Positions 1 to 12,677 of a stretch of 64,000 nucleotides of DNA are shown here, one piece after another. The position numbers and the translations under genes are program-made. The notes beneath the pieces are model-generated. The model had not been told where the DNA came from, made no database searches, and worked only from the letters and a program-made list of their open reading frames with translations. The stretch's first letter is position 1. Each line of letters starts with the position of its first letter. Origin of the DNA: Lophium mytilinum (Eukaryota); contig MU004204.1 in assembly GCA_010093605.1 (NCBI GenBank), positions 204,959 to 268,958 on the forward strand, written 5' to 3'.

Positions 1-1113
1 CGAAAAACCTCCAGCGCAATCACACCTATAAACGCAACCACAAAGCCCCGAAGAGCGCAGTCACACCCCCTAACTCACCTGTCCATCCACCCTTCCCCTC
101 CGAAGTCAACTACAACCAAGGTATCATCCATCTAAAATGCCTCAATTTTCACCAAGTGTGTACAACACGGTCCAAAATCCGGCCTGGAGATGATGCACCA
201 CCATCTCCTCAATCATCGAGGGTCGTGCCTTTGTCTTCAGCGTCACGTTCCAGGCTACATCAAAGGGTCTTCGAATCTTTGCCATGTATGAGAGTCTCAT
301 AGTACAGTACCACGCCTCCTCTCCGTCTGACGTGAATTGTCCAAATGTTCGTTGTTCACCAGGCGAGACCTCGTGAATCGCAGTTGCCTTCGGCGCTAAG
401 CCGCATCAAGCACGCTTGCCTTGTTGCAACGTCGTGGATGTTGAGTTTCGCGCTAAGCCGTAAAAAGGGATAAACGCTATACAGCTTTAGCATCTCGGGA
501 CGCGGAGGATCGGTCGGCTCCACTTTTGATAAACTCCTAAAATGCCCTATTCGACCCCTTAAGGCAGTCAAGCTGAACAACTCCAAAATTTCTTCACGCT
601 AGGCAGGGGATTTATTTCACGGTAGGTAGGAGATTTTTTGACGGTGAAAGGATTTTGCTTCACCCTTTTGGCATTATGTGGATATAGGCCGACTCATAGC
701 AACAAATTGAAGCTTCAATATGTTCCTTACCTGATTCATCATGGGAAAGAACAAAGCAGCAAAACCTGACAAAAGCTCCCAGAAATTCCCCCCATGATAG
801 TGACCAAGAGAACCTCTTTGATATCGTGCCCAAACTTATCCAGCTTGAACCCACCCACCCTAGGATCGCTTAGCCAAGCTATCCATATTCCAGAACTCCC
901 ATCCCCGTTAAATACTGTACAAATACCGCCGTAGCCGTTGTTCCCGCCGTAGGCATGTCTCCTAGAGCGCCATTCCGTTTCCTTTCCATCCCACTCCGTG
1001 AAAGCAGAAAGCCGTTTCGTAATCGTCCATAAACTCCGAAGCCAGAGGCTCTCGTTGGGATGGCGCAGAATTTCGACAGGTGCCGAACCAATCTGACCCA
1101 ATCAGGTGCTCAT

Positions 1114-2532
1114 CTATGAAGCACGGTCCCGGTGACGCCTCCTGAGGCAGATGTCTCTGATCTCATGGCGCGAGGTGACGCCGTAGATGATGGCGTTCCC
1201 CAAGCCCTGCAGCGGTAGCACAATGGCGGCGGCAAGGTTCATGCCGTAGTTGGGCTCCTTGGGGTTGATCATGCCTTGAACGCGGTTAATGGTTGACGGG
1301 ATCTGTGCGATGAATTAATGCTGGCTCGAAAATGGTGGTCACGGGGAATGGACTTACCCAGACTACCAGTAGGACTAACCAGACAAGAGCTGCAGTCAAG
1401 AGATAGGTCCGAGCGTTCCTAGCCGCCTGCTCAGCGGGTGTTACGGCTTGGCCTCCAGAAATCACGATGTTGTGCATGGGCTGGACTTCTTCAATGATGT
1501 GTGTGTTATGCGCGCCATGTTGCTCAGCGGCGAATGATGTCAGAGGACTAGTGCTGTTGAACGACGAGAGGGTGGTCTCGTCAGCATGAGCACGCCTCTT
1601 CGTCTCCGTAGTAGTGACGTCGATGTTTGTAACGGCCTGAATCTCGCTGAAATCTTGCAAGTTGTTGTCAAATCCCAAGCCAAAGTTATAGAGTGGAACG
1701 GGATTCTCTATGTTGTGGAGGGCACGTGCATTCGTGCGGATGTACTTGACGAAGACAATGACGTAGAGCATGAACGTTCCCAAAATGATGGCGCTGGAGG
1801 GTGTGTTAGCTTTGGTATTTGGCGAGCTGCCTCATTGTGAGCTTACAGGACGGGTCCGTAGAAGAAAGCGAGCCGCATCCAATCGTACTCGCGGGTAACC
1901 CAGCACCAGATCTACCACCAATGTCAGCCAGTTGTCATAATGTCGGAGAGGCTCGTTGCTCACGGTCGCTGGCCCATATATCGGTGCCGTGGTTCTCGAA
2001 TCCGCGATGAGGAAGGAGCAGGAGACGGTCAAAGGGAGACCGTAGCAAATGACCATGTACCGCGTCTCGAACTTCTGGAGGCTCTGCGGGGTATGGTTAT
2101 GGAAAAAAGTAGTGTAAACATTCCAGGCCATACAGGCAGCCCACAGAGCATCGGACGGAATGAAGCTAGAAACGTTAGCCTTGGCCATGGCAAGTTTAGT
2201 TTGTCATTCTTGACGCCGTCTTACGATTGAATCAGGAAGCCTTGAGCACGACACGCGTTGGTCGGTCTGCCGTTGTCGTGGTTGAGTGCTAAGACGGAGA
2301 TGGAAAACATAGTGGCGGTATTTGCGAGGATGTTGCCGAACGAGGCGCAGAAAAGAAGACGGTTGATGGGCTTCTTGAACTCTGCCCTCCAGGCGAACGT
2401 CCCCATGATGAAGAGGGAGCCGAGGACAGATAGGACGGAGCCGACACGCTCAGCGACGACGATACTCCACATCTTGTGTGGTGGGAAGGCGTGGGTAGTG
2501 GCGTAATAGCCGTGGGTGACGTTCGAAGCCAT
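1114..2532 (-). CDS. cAMP-receptor-like (CRL) 7TM G-protein-coupled receptor, 5 exons
   Basis: Spliced from ORF pieces using GT-AG introns with GCTAAC/GCTGAC branch points (first intron 2224-2166). Motifs FKKPINRLLF, CRAQGFLIQ-FIPSDALW..MAWNVYTTFF, IWCWV..WMRLAFFYGPV and LPLQGLGNAIIY are typical of fungal CRL receptors. TAG at 1116-1114. Confidence 0.88.
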
Positions 2533-5500
2533 GGCGAAGTTATGTCTTCGATATCGCGAGATTGCGAGAAGATGGTGCCCGCGAGCACGACGGCGACCTA
2601 AACCACGAATTCGGGCGGACCGAGATTGAGGGACGGACGACGCAGGAGGTGATCCACAGCAGAGGCAGCTGCGGCGGGGCTTCAGAGGTGAAGTTGGCCG
2701 TGCGCACGAGAAGGAGGGCCTCCAGGGTGAAGTCTGGGTCGGGACGGGTGCGGGATGCAGGACCGCGGGACGAGGACGACGCGTTTGAAGTTTATCTACG
2801 TCGTTGCCAGGTGGGCGTAGGTCAGGCCGTTGAAGTGAAAGCCGTCACGTGCCGGCGCCTTCACCTTGCGCTGCCACCACTTGCGCCAGGCACCGTGCCA
2901 GCGCCAGCTACCAGCTCAAGAGTACGGCGTGGAACGAGGAGCTGAGCGTCTGAAGAGGGCGTGTCTGTTCCTGAGATGGCGGCACCGATGATGGCCCTTT
3001 GGCGCAACGTCGCACCGCGCAAGTCAACCAGCCCAGAAAACAGCGAAGCCAGGGCGTTCCGTGCGACGGGCCGAGTGCGGACGCGAGTGTGCCGAGGGAA
3101 TGCAGAGTACCAAAGAGCAATGTAGTGAAGGAGGTGAATAGGTAGAGACTTGTATTTCTAGGCTAGAGACGTCGAGTCGCATCGGGGGAAGGCGCCACGG
3201 CAGAGGTGAGATGGGAAGAGAAGCAGACGAGAGGCGCCATATCCTACCTGCAAACATACCATGTCCATCTACTTGTATGGCCGGCCGAAGCGCCACGCGC
3301 CTGCTGCAGAGAGGACCTTCGTTTTGCATGCATAATACCCGCTACCGGTCCCCAGGAAGCGTGAGAGGTGCGATTGCGGCATGAGCACAGGGACAAACAG
3401 CGGAAGGGAACGCGCCGGGTCCGACACAGCCCAGGTACTGCTCTGCAAGACGGATCGCGTAATGCTGCTTGTTGCTCGCCTTGCCAATGATCTCCTCTGT
3501 GGGAGGCCGCTCAGGGGGGCGCGGAGAGGCACCGACGATGCATCGCAGCGAGGGATGATGCTCGTCCGCCCGCCACTCCGCTGCGGGACTGGGGAAAAGC
3601 CCTGCCGTTTCTCGTGCACGCACCGTTTCTCATGGCGCCAGTCTCACATACTGGCGGCTGGCGGGGGTGGCAGCGGGGGCGCCGGGGAGAGGCTTCGAGC
3701 CATCGGGGCGTTTTGGTGAATGGAGGTGGGAGGAGACTAAGGGACGTCGAGGAGGGATCGGGCCCACAAAGCCTAGCAAGCAGTATGCACCCATGCTTCA
3801 CCTCCTAGCGGGCTCGGCAGCACTAGGACTCCCTAGCAGCTGCCATTCCATTGTTCCGACCTTCAAGTACAATGCTGCCTCACACGAGGAGCGTCCGTAT
3901 TCCAGTCGAGCTGGCGGCATGCCGTTACGAACTTTATCTATAGGATCGCCCGTTCGTAGGACCATGCTCCTGCACTCTCGCCTGTTGAAGTGGTCTAGCG
4001 TAGACAGACACGAGGAAGGAATTGGTGATCAACGCCCCCAGAAGGTCGGGGTGCTGCTCGTCGCCTTCAGCAGCCGACGCTGGCGGGCCGGTCCCGTTGT
4101 CAGTGAAAACTGACGGCGCTAAGCAGGAGGCAAGGTGCATAACACGGCGACGAGAATTAGCGGCAGCTCTCTCTTCGTCTAACTGCATCTCACAGGCTCA
4201 ACATCTCAACTCCTATTGCTCCGAGTACACTGCAAGACGTTGACCCCCGTCACTGACGATCTGTTCCCATGTGTCTCATACGCCTGGACCCCCAACCGAA
4301 TCTAGCAGTAGGCTTACCCCAAAACGCCGCCTGTGAGGCCATGCGAGCCGTTGGCGATGTCTGACCAACGACATCTGAGGTCGTCAGCAGGCGAATGGTG
4401 ATGGACCATGCATATGTCCCTGGCTATTGTCACACAGCGCTGCCGATTATACCGCCAGACTACTCCGTCTTCATACCGGCGTCGTTTGACCTCCTGGTCT
4501 CGGTCGCAATCGCCAAGCTGGACAAACTCAACTGACGCAAGGCTTGACCTTTTTGGAAGCCGTCTGGGGAACCTTGGACGCCCCTAGTGTCTGCACTCGT
4601 GGCTCCCATGTTACTGTGGGCAGAACACTGCTCACCGACAGAAGCCGCACTGCATAGGGCGTAATTCTCGAACGCTACCTACAGTACGTGCACAGTTCAG
4701 TCTTACTCATGTCTAATCCTAGCGAGATTTGGATCTGCTCTGCACCCGCTTTCTACGGGACAGTGCATCGCGGTACCTGTGCACGTTTTGGGTGTCGTCA
4801 GTACCACAGCCCTGTAGGGCCAGCAAGAAGGTAGTGATTAGCGGTGCGAATCTCTTACCCCAAGCCCACCACGCTTCTTTTTCTGCACTTGTTCTTCTCG
4901 CAAGACCCCCAAGTATTGATATGTCCTTGACCACCTGATGCCACCGAGCTCGACAACGCATCAGAAGCTCTTGATCACGCAGAACAAAGTTAACGCCAAT
5001 CAGTCAACCGATGTCTATCTAACAGCTCGCCCAAACGCTATCGCTGTATGGCTAGACCGCCGTATCTCGGCATGCCGCCATGAAACACCACGTGGGAGCG
5101 GCAGATCCCTTGGTCATGGCTTAACTGACTCGCAGCAGTAGCGTCAGTGCTCGCAAAAGTACCTCTGTTTCGAGCTCGCGTCTTAAACTCAGGAGCGTAG
5201 GAGCTCTAGATCTATTGGATTAGCAGTTTGACAGCGCGACAATTTTTCGGTATTGTGACTTGCAGATTCTGCGAACCTCCTGAGCGGCACGTTCCAGACA
5301 CTCGCCGCATCGAGCAATCTAGCGAACCATGGCGGCCACCACATGCTGGAAAAGTCTTACGGACCCCAACCTCCGCATTTTCTCCACATGGCACGCGCCA
5401 TACGTCCCTTGCTTAGACCACTTGGCAACCAGTAACGAGTGGCATAATCACGAAAACCTAGGCAGTAACTAGAAATACCAAAATGATCCCTGAAAGGAAT

Positions 5501-7346
5501 TGGCCAGTCAAATTTCTCCCTCTTGTGTTGAAGAAAGCGGCAAGACCGGAGAGCTACACTGAGTTTGGTGTCTGCGCGCCAGAACCATGGGAAATACCCC
5601 GTAGCGCTATCCATCCTCTATCCAGGTCTTCAGGCCTCCTCCAGGGGCACGAGCCTTCACCAGTCCTGGGACGCACGCTAGCCCCTGGGCCCCCCAGTGC
5701 TTATACCTCGGTTAGGGGGCTACTCTACGGTAGGCTTTGCTCGGCGATGATGCCAGCTTGAAGATCAACTAGACCGAGCGCGAGAGGGAACATCCTTCCG
5801 CCTTGGGAGAAGTAAGCTGTTACACTTGGAGGCAGAATGTAGCATGAATCATTAACCCTTTGTAACAACAATTCGAGCTTTCAGGGCTTGTCACGTCCGC
5901 TTCTGTGTATATCTCCTTGCCTCTGTCAAATCAAAGGTCCCTCAACATCAGATGGACGATCGTCACTCCCAGAGTCAGTAATCTTGTAAGTCAGGCTACC
6001 TCAGGCATCGGGGGTGACGCGCACGTAAACCAAACTTTGCTCGATAGTTTGAAGTCCCTGTCATTGTATTACAATAGTAGAAGCAGTGGTAGAATCTTCT
6101 GCAGTGATTTGCGGAGGTGCGCTGTAGTTTGCAACAACTTTGCTCGCCATTGGGTTTGAACATGACTCTTCATTCACCAATCTCCCTCTAGATCTTTCGG
6201 TCAGTATTCATAAAATCAAGGGATACACTGAGCTTACGGTATTGGGCCATGCACTCCGGACTGTGCCTCGCGCTTGAAACAACACCCTGATGCATGTAAG
6301 TGAGCTCTTTTCGCTTAAGTTAGCTCTCTTATTTCTCTTTTTTATCGTAAGAAGTGCTTCCTTCATAGAAATAGAATGGATTTTATACCTTCCTCGGGCT
6401 TTACAGCTATCCACTCAGGCAACTATCATGCGTCACAAAAGTTGCTAATTTTCCTGTCGATCGGTACAATACTTGTGATTCTGTCTGCTGTAGAGCGTCG
6501 AAAAGATCTGGAAAGATAAACATAGTTTGATTTCACTGTCCAGACATTTCAAGGTGACAACGGTGGGGTCGCCGCAATCTTTTCCAACCTACGACGTCGG
6601 TCTAAATCTAGTACCAGCTCGCTATCCTCTTCTTGAATACTACCAATACTACAACATCCATACACTCCCAGCACCTCGAACACTCAAACCAACCCTCTCA
6701 TTATCTATCCGACCTTCAGCACCCTTCATCCACCTCCTAGCAACTATCTTCGGATGCTTTGCCGAGTCCGTCCATCACGTGAGACGACCCCACTTCGCCC
6801 TACTAATCATCCTCCAACCTCCAACCTATCTTTCTAGCAGCCAACTCGAGCAATTATAGATGATGACTACCTTGCACCAGATTCCGTGATGGCTGACTAC
6901 CCCGGTCCCTCGTCATCACTAATCGCCCAATCCATGCACCACAATTACTAACCCTGCCTCAGCGGGGCTGAAGAACGAATCAAGGACGGGGTATTTGATA
7001 GTAGGGCTTGATGGCGTAACTACGAATGGCAGTACGCCATAAGCGAACTGATGGTGGGGGATGGTACTACGACTGGCGAGGGAGCTTTGGGCGTTGGAAA
7101 TGTATCTAAGTGGGGGAGGGGCTTTGTTTAGGCCTGGGCCGGGGGTGTTGAGAGCGACGGATTTGGAATTGGGGAGCTACCTGGAGGGATAAATAGGTTT
7201 GAATGATAAGCTCTCGCAGTATCGACTTCGTTTTTCTCAGCTCCTCCAAAATTTTTCTTGACAAACGTGCTTCTATCTGTTGTTCAAGCTTCAGCTTTAG
7301 TTCCTAATACTCAGCAACCACCACTCAAACCTACAACTCCGCAACT

Positions 7347-8401
7347 ATGCCTCTCCCCACCGACGAAACAATCGTCGAAACAGCCACCGGCCTCGTCAAG
7401 ACACTCCAAGCAGCAGCAGGCGAACCACACCCAGGCTACCGTCCAGGTAAGCCACCCCCCAAGCCTCCCTCACCACCGACCTCCCCCTGCCCAAACCTCA
7501 CCACCAACCTCCCTCTAACCCCCCTCCAGCCCACGCAAAAGGCCTCCTCCTAACCGGCCTCTTCACACCCTCCCCCACCGCCTCAACCCTCACAACCGCG
7601 CCGCACTTCTCCTCCCCCTCCAAAACCACCCCCCTCACCATCCGCCTCTCCTCCTCCACGGGCATCCCCACCATCCCCGACACCGACCCCTCCGCCAACC
7701 CGCGCGGCATCGCCCTCCGCTTCCACCTCGCAACCCACCCCCACCGCATCCACACCGACGTCATCGCACACAGCACCCCCTTCTTCCCCACGCGCACCGG
7801 CGCCGACTTCCTCGCCTTCCTGCGCGCCGCCGGCGCCTCCGCCGGCGTCGAGACGCACCCCACCCCCGTCGAAGCCTGGCTAGGCGAGCACCCCACCGCG
7901 GTCGCGTTCCTGCAGGCGCCGAAGCCGTTCCCCGCGAGCTTCGCGACCGAGACGTATTTCGGAGTGTCGGCGCTGAAGTTTGTGGATGCGGCGGGGAAGG
8001 GGAGGTTTTTTAGGTATAGAGTGCTGCCTGTGGCGGGGCAGAAGGATTTGGATGAGGAGGGGGTGAAGAAGGAGTCTGGGGAATATTTGTATGAGGAGAT
8101 TAAGAAGAGGGTTGGGGGTGGAGGGGAGCCGGTGGAGTTTAAGCTGGTGGCGCAGTTGGCGGAGGAGGGGGATGTGGTGAATGACGCGACGGTGCATTGG
8201 CCTGAGAGTAGGGAGGTGGTGGAGCTGGGGACGGTCAAGGTGGAGGGGTTGGTGGAGGAGGGGAAGCAGGTGGAGGAGCAGAAGACAATTATTTTTGATC
8301 CGATCCCGAGGGTTGAGGGGATTGAGGCTAGTGATGACCCGTTGTTGGAGATGCGAGCGGCAGTGTATTTGATTTCTGGAAGGGAGAGGAGGAAGGCGTA
8401 G
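7347..8401 (+). CDS. SrpA-like small heme catalase-related peroxidase, 2 exons
   Basis: ATG 7347, intron GTAAGC about 7447-7529. The spliced protein has GYRPAHAKG (distal His), RLSSSTG, PRGIALRF, FDPIPRVEGIEASDDPLLEMRAAVY (proximal RxxxY). Confidence 0.9.
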
Positions 8402-8917
8402 GGAGGATAGGGCGGGGATGTGGTGGAACAGAGACATTTCTTTTGGCAATTGAGTTTGTGATGGCAGAGGTCTTGATTCGCTTTTATGCTGGTACTAAAA
8501 CACTTTGAAGGGGCCTGATGCTCGTGATATCCCACTGCACACTAGTAGAAAGGAAAACATGGCTTGGCTCTTCCTTGTGATTGTCCACTTGCTCCTGAGG
8601 AACTTGTCAGATGAACAGGCCTTGAAATCTTTCCCCCACGTAGTTCGCCGGAAGAGCATCATAGAAGAGAAGAACAGAAAAGAAAAGTGAAAGAAACATG
8701 CCATCAGATGCCACTGAAACCCAGAGCAAAAAGGAAAAGAAGGCATGATCTGACATGCTGTGCCCATAACACCCCATATGCACAGGCTGATCGACAGAAA
8801 TATTTCTGTCAACTCGCAACCATTGATTAGCATCACAAAGATCAGAAGCAGGCTATGCTTGCTCGCATCGCTGAAAAGAATCCAGACGCCGCCACGACCA
8901 GGAACGCTAAACAGAGC

Positions 8918-9819
8918 CTAAGGGGAAGGGGAGGGAGGGGGCTGGTCCTGCTTCTCCATTTCCTCCCTAATGCCATCTCTCACAAGAGTAGTCCAGTCGT
9001 ACCAGAGATTGCCGGCCTGGAGCTGTGCTCGAGTCAGGCTCCTGAATTCGGCCATGGTCGTGATTTCGCGGGGTGCCGGAGGAGGGACCGGGAGCACGTG
9101 GTGAGGACGCGGTGCTCTTGGTTGAGGACCATAGGGTTCAGCAAGGAAAGGATGGAGATTGTGAACAGCCGCTTGTCCACTGCCCGTGGTTTGAACAGCT
9201 GCTTGTCCACTGCCTGTGGTTTGAACAGCTGCTTGTCCACTGCATGTGGCTTGAGTAGCCGCTTTTCCACTGCCGGTGGCTTGACGAGCCGCTTGTCTCT
9301 TCCCGGTGAAAGTAGGGGGCGGGATCGTCCACTCGACCACAGGGACTTGCGTTCCGTCTGGATCGTCTATCTCGAGTTGAGCTAAAGCATTCATTAGGTC
9401 GCGGATGGCGTCGAGTGTGGCCTGAAGGTCTTCGTCGTGAATATCCGCGGGGTCATCATCGTCGTTGCCAGCCGTATCATCGTCTTTGCCAGAATTGTCG
9501 GACTTGTCAGACTTGTCGTCCTTGCCAGACTTCTCGTCCTTGCCAGACTTCTCGTCCTTGCCGGAATTATCGTCGCTTCCATTCGGGGGTTCCTTAGGAT
9601 CATCGCCCTCGTTGGCGTCGTTCTGTTGCGGGGGATCGCTTGGTGCATCCGCATCGTTCCCGTCCTTTTCCGGTGGAGGATCGCTGGGCTCATCGCCATT
9701 GTCGGTGTCGTCGTTCTCGGCAGTCTCGGTGGGTGCAGCGTCACCGCTGTCTTGTGGAGCTTCAACGGGTGAAGCTTCGTCGTCGTCGGTAAGCTCTGTG
9801 TTACGGGTAAAATCACGAA
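8918..9819 (-). CDS. ATG-less acidic, repeat-containing ~300-codon exon; candidate alternative C-terminal exon of PHO85
   Basis: The open frame has no Met for about 150 codons. It is preceded by branch TACTGAT, a polypyrimidine tract and a TTGTAG acceptor (9821-9820). Internal in-frame 18-bp and 30-bp repeats. Confidence 0.55.
9160..9297. repeat. 30-bp tandem repeat (about 4.5 copies), encodes (A/T)TGSGQAAVQ on the minus strand
   Basis: aacagc(c/t)gcttgtccactgcc(c/t)gtggtttg repeated with a 30-nt period. Confidence 0.9.
9483..9565. repeat. 18-bp tandem repeat encoding SGKDEK/SGKDDK on the minus strand
   Basis: tccttgccagacttctcg units are visible directly. Confidence 0.85.
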
Positions 9820-9893
9820 CTACAAAAAGAAAAGAATCAGTACAACGCCAGCAGGACAAAGATAATTATGTTGTGTATGGTAACTCAGGGAGC

Positions 9894-10920
9894 TTAATAA
9901 GCCCCTTGAGTCCCTTGGAACACGCGACTACCTTCAACCTGTTGACCCTGCGACTGAGCGGCAGCCAAGGCGACCTGTTGGCGCATGGGAAGATCGTTGA
10001 ACCACGGGTGGTTGAGCGCGGACTGCGCAGAGGTCCTCATCTCCGGGCGGAGCTGCAGCATTTGATTGAGCAAGGACAGGCCGAGCTGGTCAATCTGCGG
10101 CAGGATCATCCGAAGATCCTGGGTGGCGTACACATGGAAGTTGGGCTTGTACTCTTGGTACTGGGAAATGCCCGGCCAGGAACGCTCGGAAGGAGTGCCC
10201 ATCAGGCGGAAGATCTTCTGCAACTGATCCTCGTTGGTGGTGCCGGGGAACAGAGGACGGCCAGTGTACATCTCCGCCATGATGCAGCCAGCGGACCAAA
10301 TATCTATACTCGTATTGTAAGTCCTACTGCCCAATAGAACATCTGGAGCACGATACCACAGTGTGACAACTTCATTGGAGAAGGTGTTCACTGGGATACC
10401 GAAGGCACGGGCGAGGCCGAAGTCCGCAAGCTTGAGCTGACCTTTCACATTGATCAGCAAGTTCTGCGGCTTTAAGTCGCGATGAAGAACTCGATTCTCG
10501 TGACAAAAGGCGATGCCCTGCAGCAGCTGGAACATGAAGGACTTGATCGTCGGCGGGTCGAGTTGGCCGCGGTCGCCTCTAGAGTCCATATATTTCTTTA
10601 GGTCCTTATCCATGTACTCAAAGACGAGCATGAGCTTGTTCTCGGTGTGAATGACATCGTATAGGGAGACGATGTTAACGTGCTTGAGCTCCTTCATCAG
10701 CGAGATCTCGCGGATCGCGGTGGACGGTGTGCCTTCTTCAGAGTCGAGGTGAATCTCCTTGAGGGCGACGAACTCGCCGGTCTGGCGGTTGCGACCTTTG
10801 AAGACCTAGACAGTTAGTATGTAGATCAATCATGCGGGTCAAGGAGCTCACTGTAGCGTAGGTGCCTTCACCGAGCTTCTCAAGCTGCTGGAACGAGCTT
10901 GGATGCTTGCGGTTGTCCAT
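9894..10920 (-). CDS. PHO85: Cyclin-dependent kinase Pho85/PhoA, 2 exons
   Basis: [23 protein letters not shown], then intron 10851-10806, then [33 protein letters not shown]...HRDLKPQN...[28 protein letters not shown]. Confidence 0.97.
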
Positions 10921-12677
10921 CGTGATCTGCTGGCCTCCGCCGAGATTTCTGACCGAAATAGACGAGTCGGTTCGCGCGTTCAGCGAGAGCGTGCCTACGT
11001 GTGTCGGCTGGAGTGTCCCTGGAGGCGGGCGAGAGGTGTACTTGGGATCCCAGAGGATGGCGCTGGCGGTGGTGAGTTGGTTGGCGATGGCCAGAGGTGA
11101 TGGCGGGGCTGTGTTGGAGCGCGAGGCCGGCGGCCGTGCGGCTGGTTGGGCCGTTTTGACGTGCGTGGAGGGAAATGTGGGCCGGCTCGTCCCGCTGCCT
11201 ACGACTGTCGAAGAGGATGTAGAGGAGAAGGAGGACGGAGGGCAAGGCAGGCCGCACGAAGTATTTATCTCGCCTACGGGTTGAAGGTGAGGAGGAAGGT
11301 GCAGGAGAGTGTGACGGGCTTTGGTTGGCTGTCGAGTGACTCTTTCTCCTCCATGCCCCGTGCGCAGGCGTCTGGCCGGGCGGCTCTCTGGCGCCTGACA
11401 TCGTGTCGCCGCTATTTGAGACCCACTACGCGCTCTGCCAGCGTGCGTGCAGGGCAAAGCATTGCAGCGGCAGGCTTCTATGGCCTTTTATAATATGAGG
11501 CGCTGCACAATTGTCCAGTGACGGGCGCGTCTGTCAGGCCAACATATGTATTGTGTTACGGCCACATGTGGCCTAATGTTTCCCTGGACTATTTTTACGC
11601 GTTTCCCAGTCGCGACGGCCACGGACAGGACAACAGAAAGTCGCAGAAGCTCTAGTCTGGCTTTGAACGCGAATTCTGATGTTCTCCGGGCCCCTGAACG
11701 CGCACTGCTACCGTATACTATCACTGGATGCTCTGCCCATACTCAATGGCCTCCTGCGCCTAGTTGTGCCTCTGCAGGACCCCTCCATGACTGCTCCCGA
11801 GGCTTCATGGAAAGGTACGCCCGCGGTGTGCCCGGTAACCCCTCGCGCCCCTCATCTGTCCGCCGATCCCTGGATAGTACCGCGGGTCAGGACAAGTGTG
11901 ACCCAGTTATCCGGCCCTATGCCTCAGCTGGCCCTGGGGTCTATAAAGCTTGATTTCGTCCCTGGATGTGCCTCTTGCATTGGGGCGCGTGGTGGAGTGG
12001 GCGGCGGGATGCCGAAGTCTGCAGCTTCGCTCTATCAAATCGCGAAGCCGGGAGTGCAGCACATGGCAGCGTGTAAAAAGGACGGGTACATGGAGCCAAG
12101 ATTGACTTGTAGAGAGCATCTAAATCTAAACGCCTTCGTTGCTGCTCGTTCTTCAGGTCTGCCGCTGTCTACTGAGAGCGCGGCGCCAACAGCCAAAGCC
12201 AGAACAGGCATGGGAGACACTGAATTTAATTATTGCTCCTAGTGGTTCGTATTGCGAATAGACATTCTCTCGTCATTCAGGAGCCTTTCATCGTGGGTTA
12301 CGCTGCAAGGTAGCTCTTGTATGGCATGCATAATACCAAATACTTGCGCAGTGGAACGCAGCAGCCTTTTTGTCCCCATTGGCCGCATTCCTAGTAGTTA
12401 GTATTCTAGTAGAGATGCCTTAGAGCTCCTTATCACGCCTCCGGGCTTTGTACTGGGCATTTATTATGCTACCTGGCTGCTATAGAGGTTTAGGAGAGTG
12501 GGGCAGTTCTGCCGAAGCGCGGGGCTCGTGGAGCTGTGTTGAAAACCACGAGGACTGACAGCTCTGCCCGCAGCTCCTCCATCACCTTGTCCTCATCGCT
12601 CTCCTTCAGATCGTCATCTTGCAGCTGAAGAACCGCTATGCGAGCACCTTTGGGTGTTAGCTCAAAACATTTTCCTT

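Noticed and set aside
1..285. Possible 5' end of a minus-strand gene running off the window (intron-like 78-26)
   Set aside because: No consistent reading frame or recognisable protein could be assembled.
2562..6200. Many short ORFs upstream of the GPCR
   Set aside because: No recognisable motifs or coherent splice model; treated as a long GC-rich regulatory or intergenic region.
7498..8535. 345-aa minus-strand ORF, and similar long ORFs at 9465-10337, 31409-32662 and 46087-46767
   Set aside because: Antisense or alternate-frame shadows of real genes caused by codon bias or low complexity.
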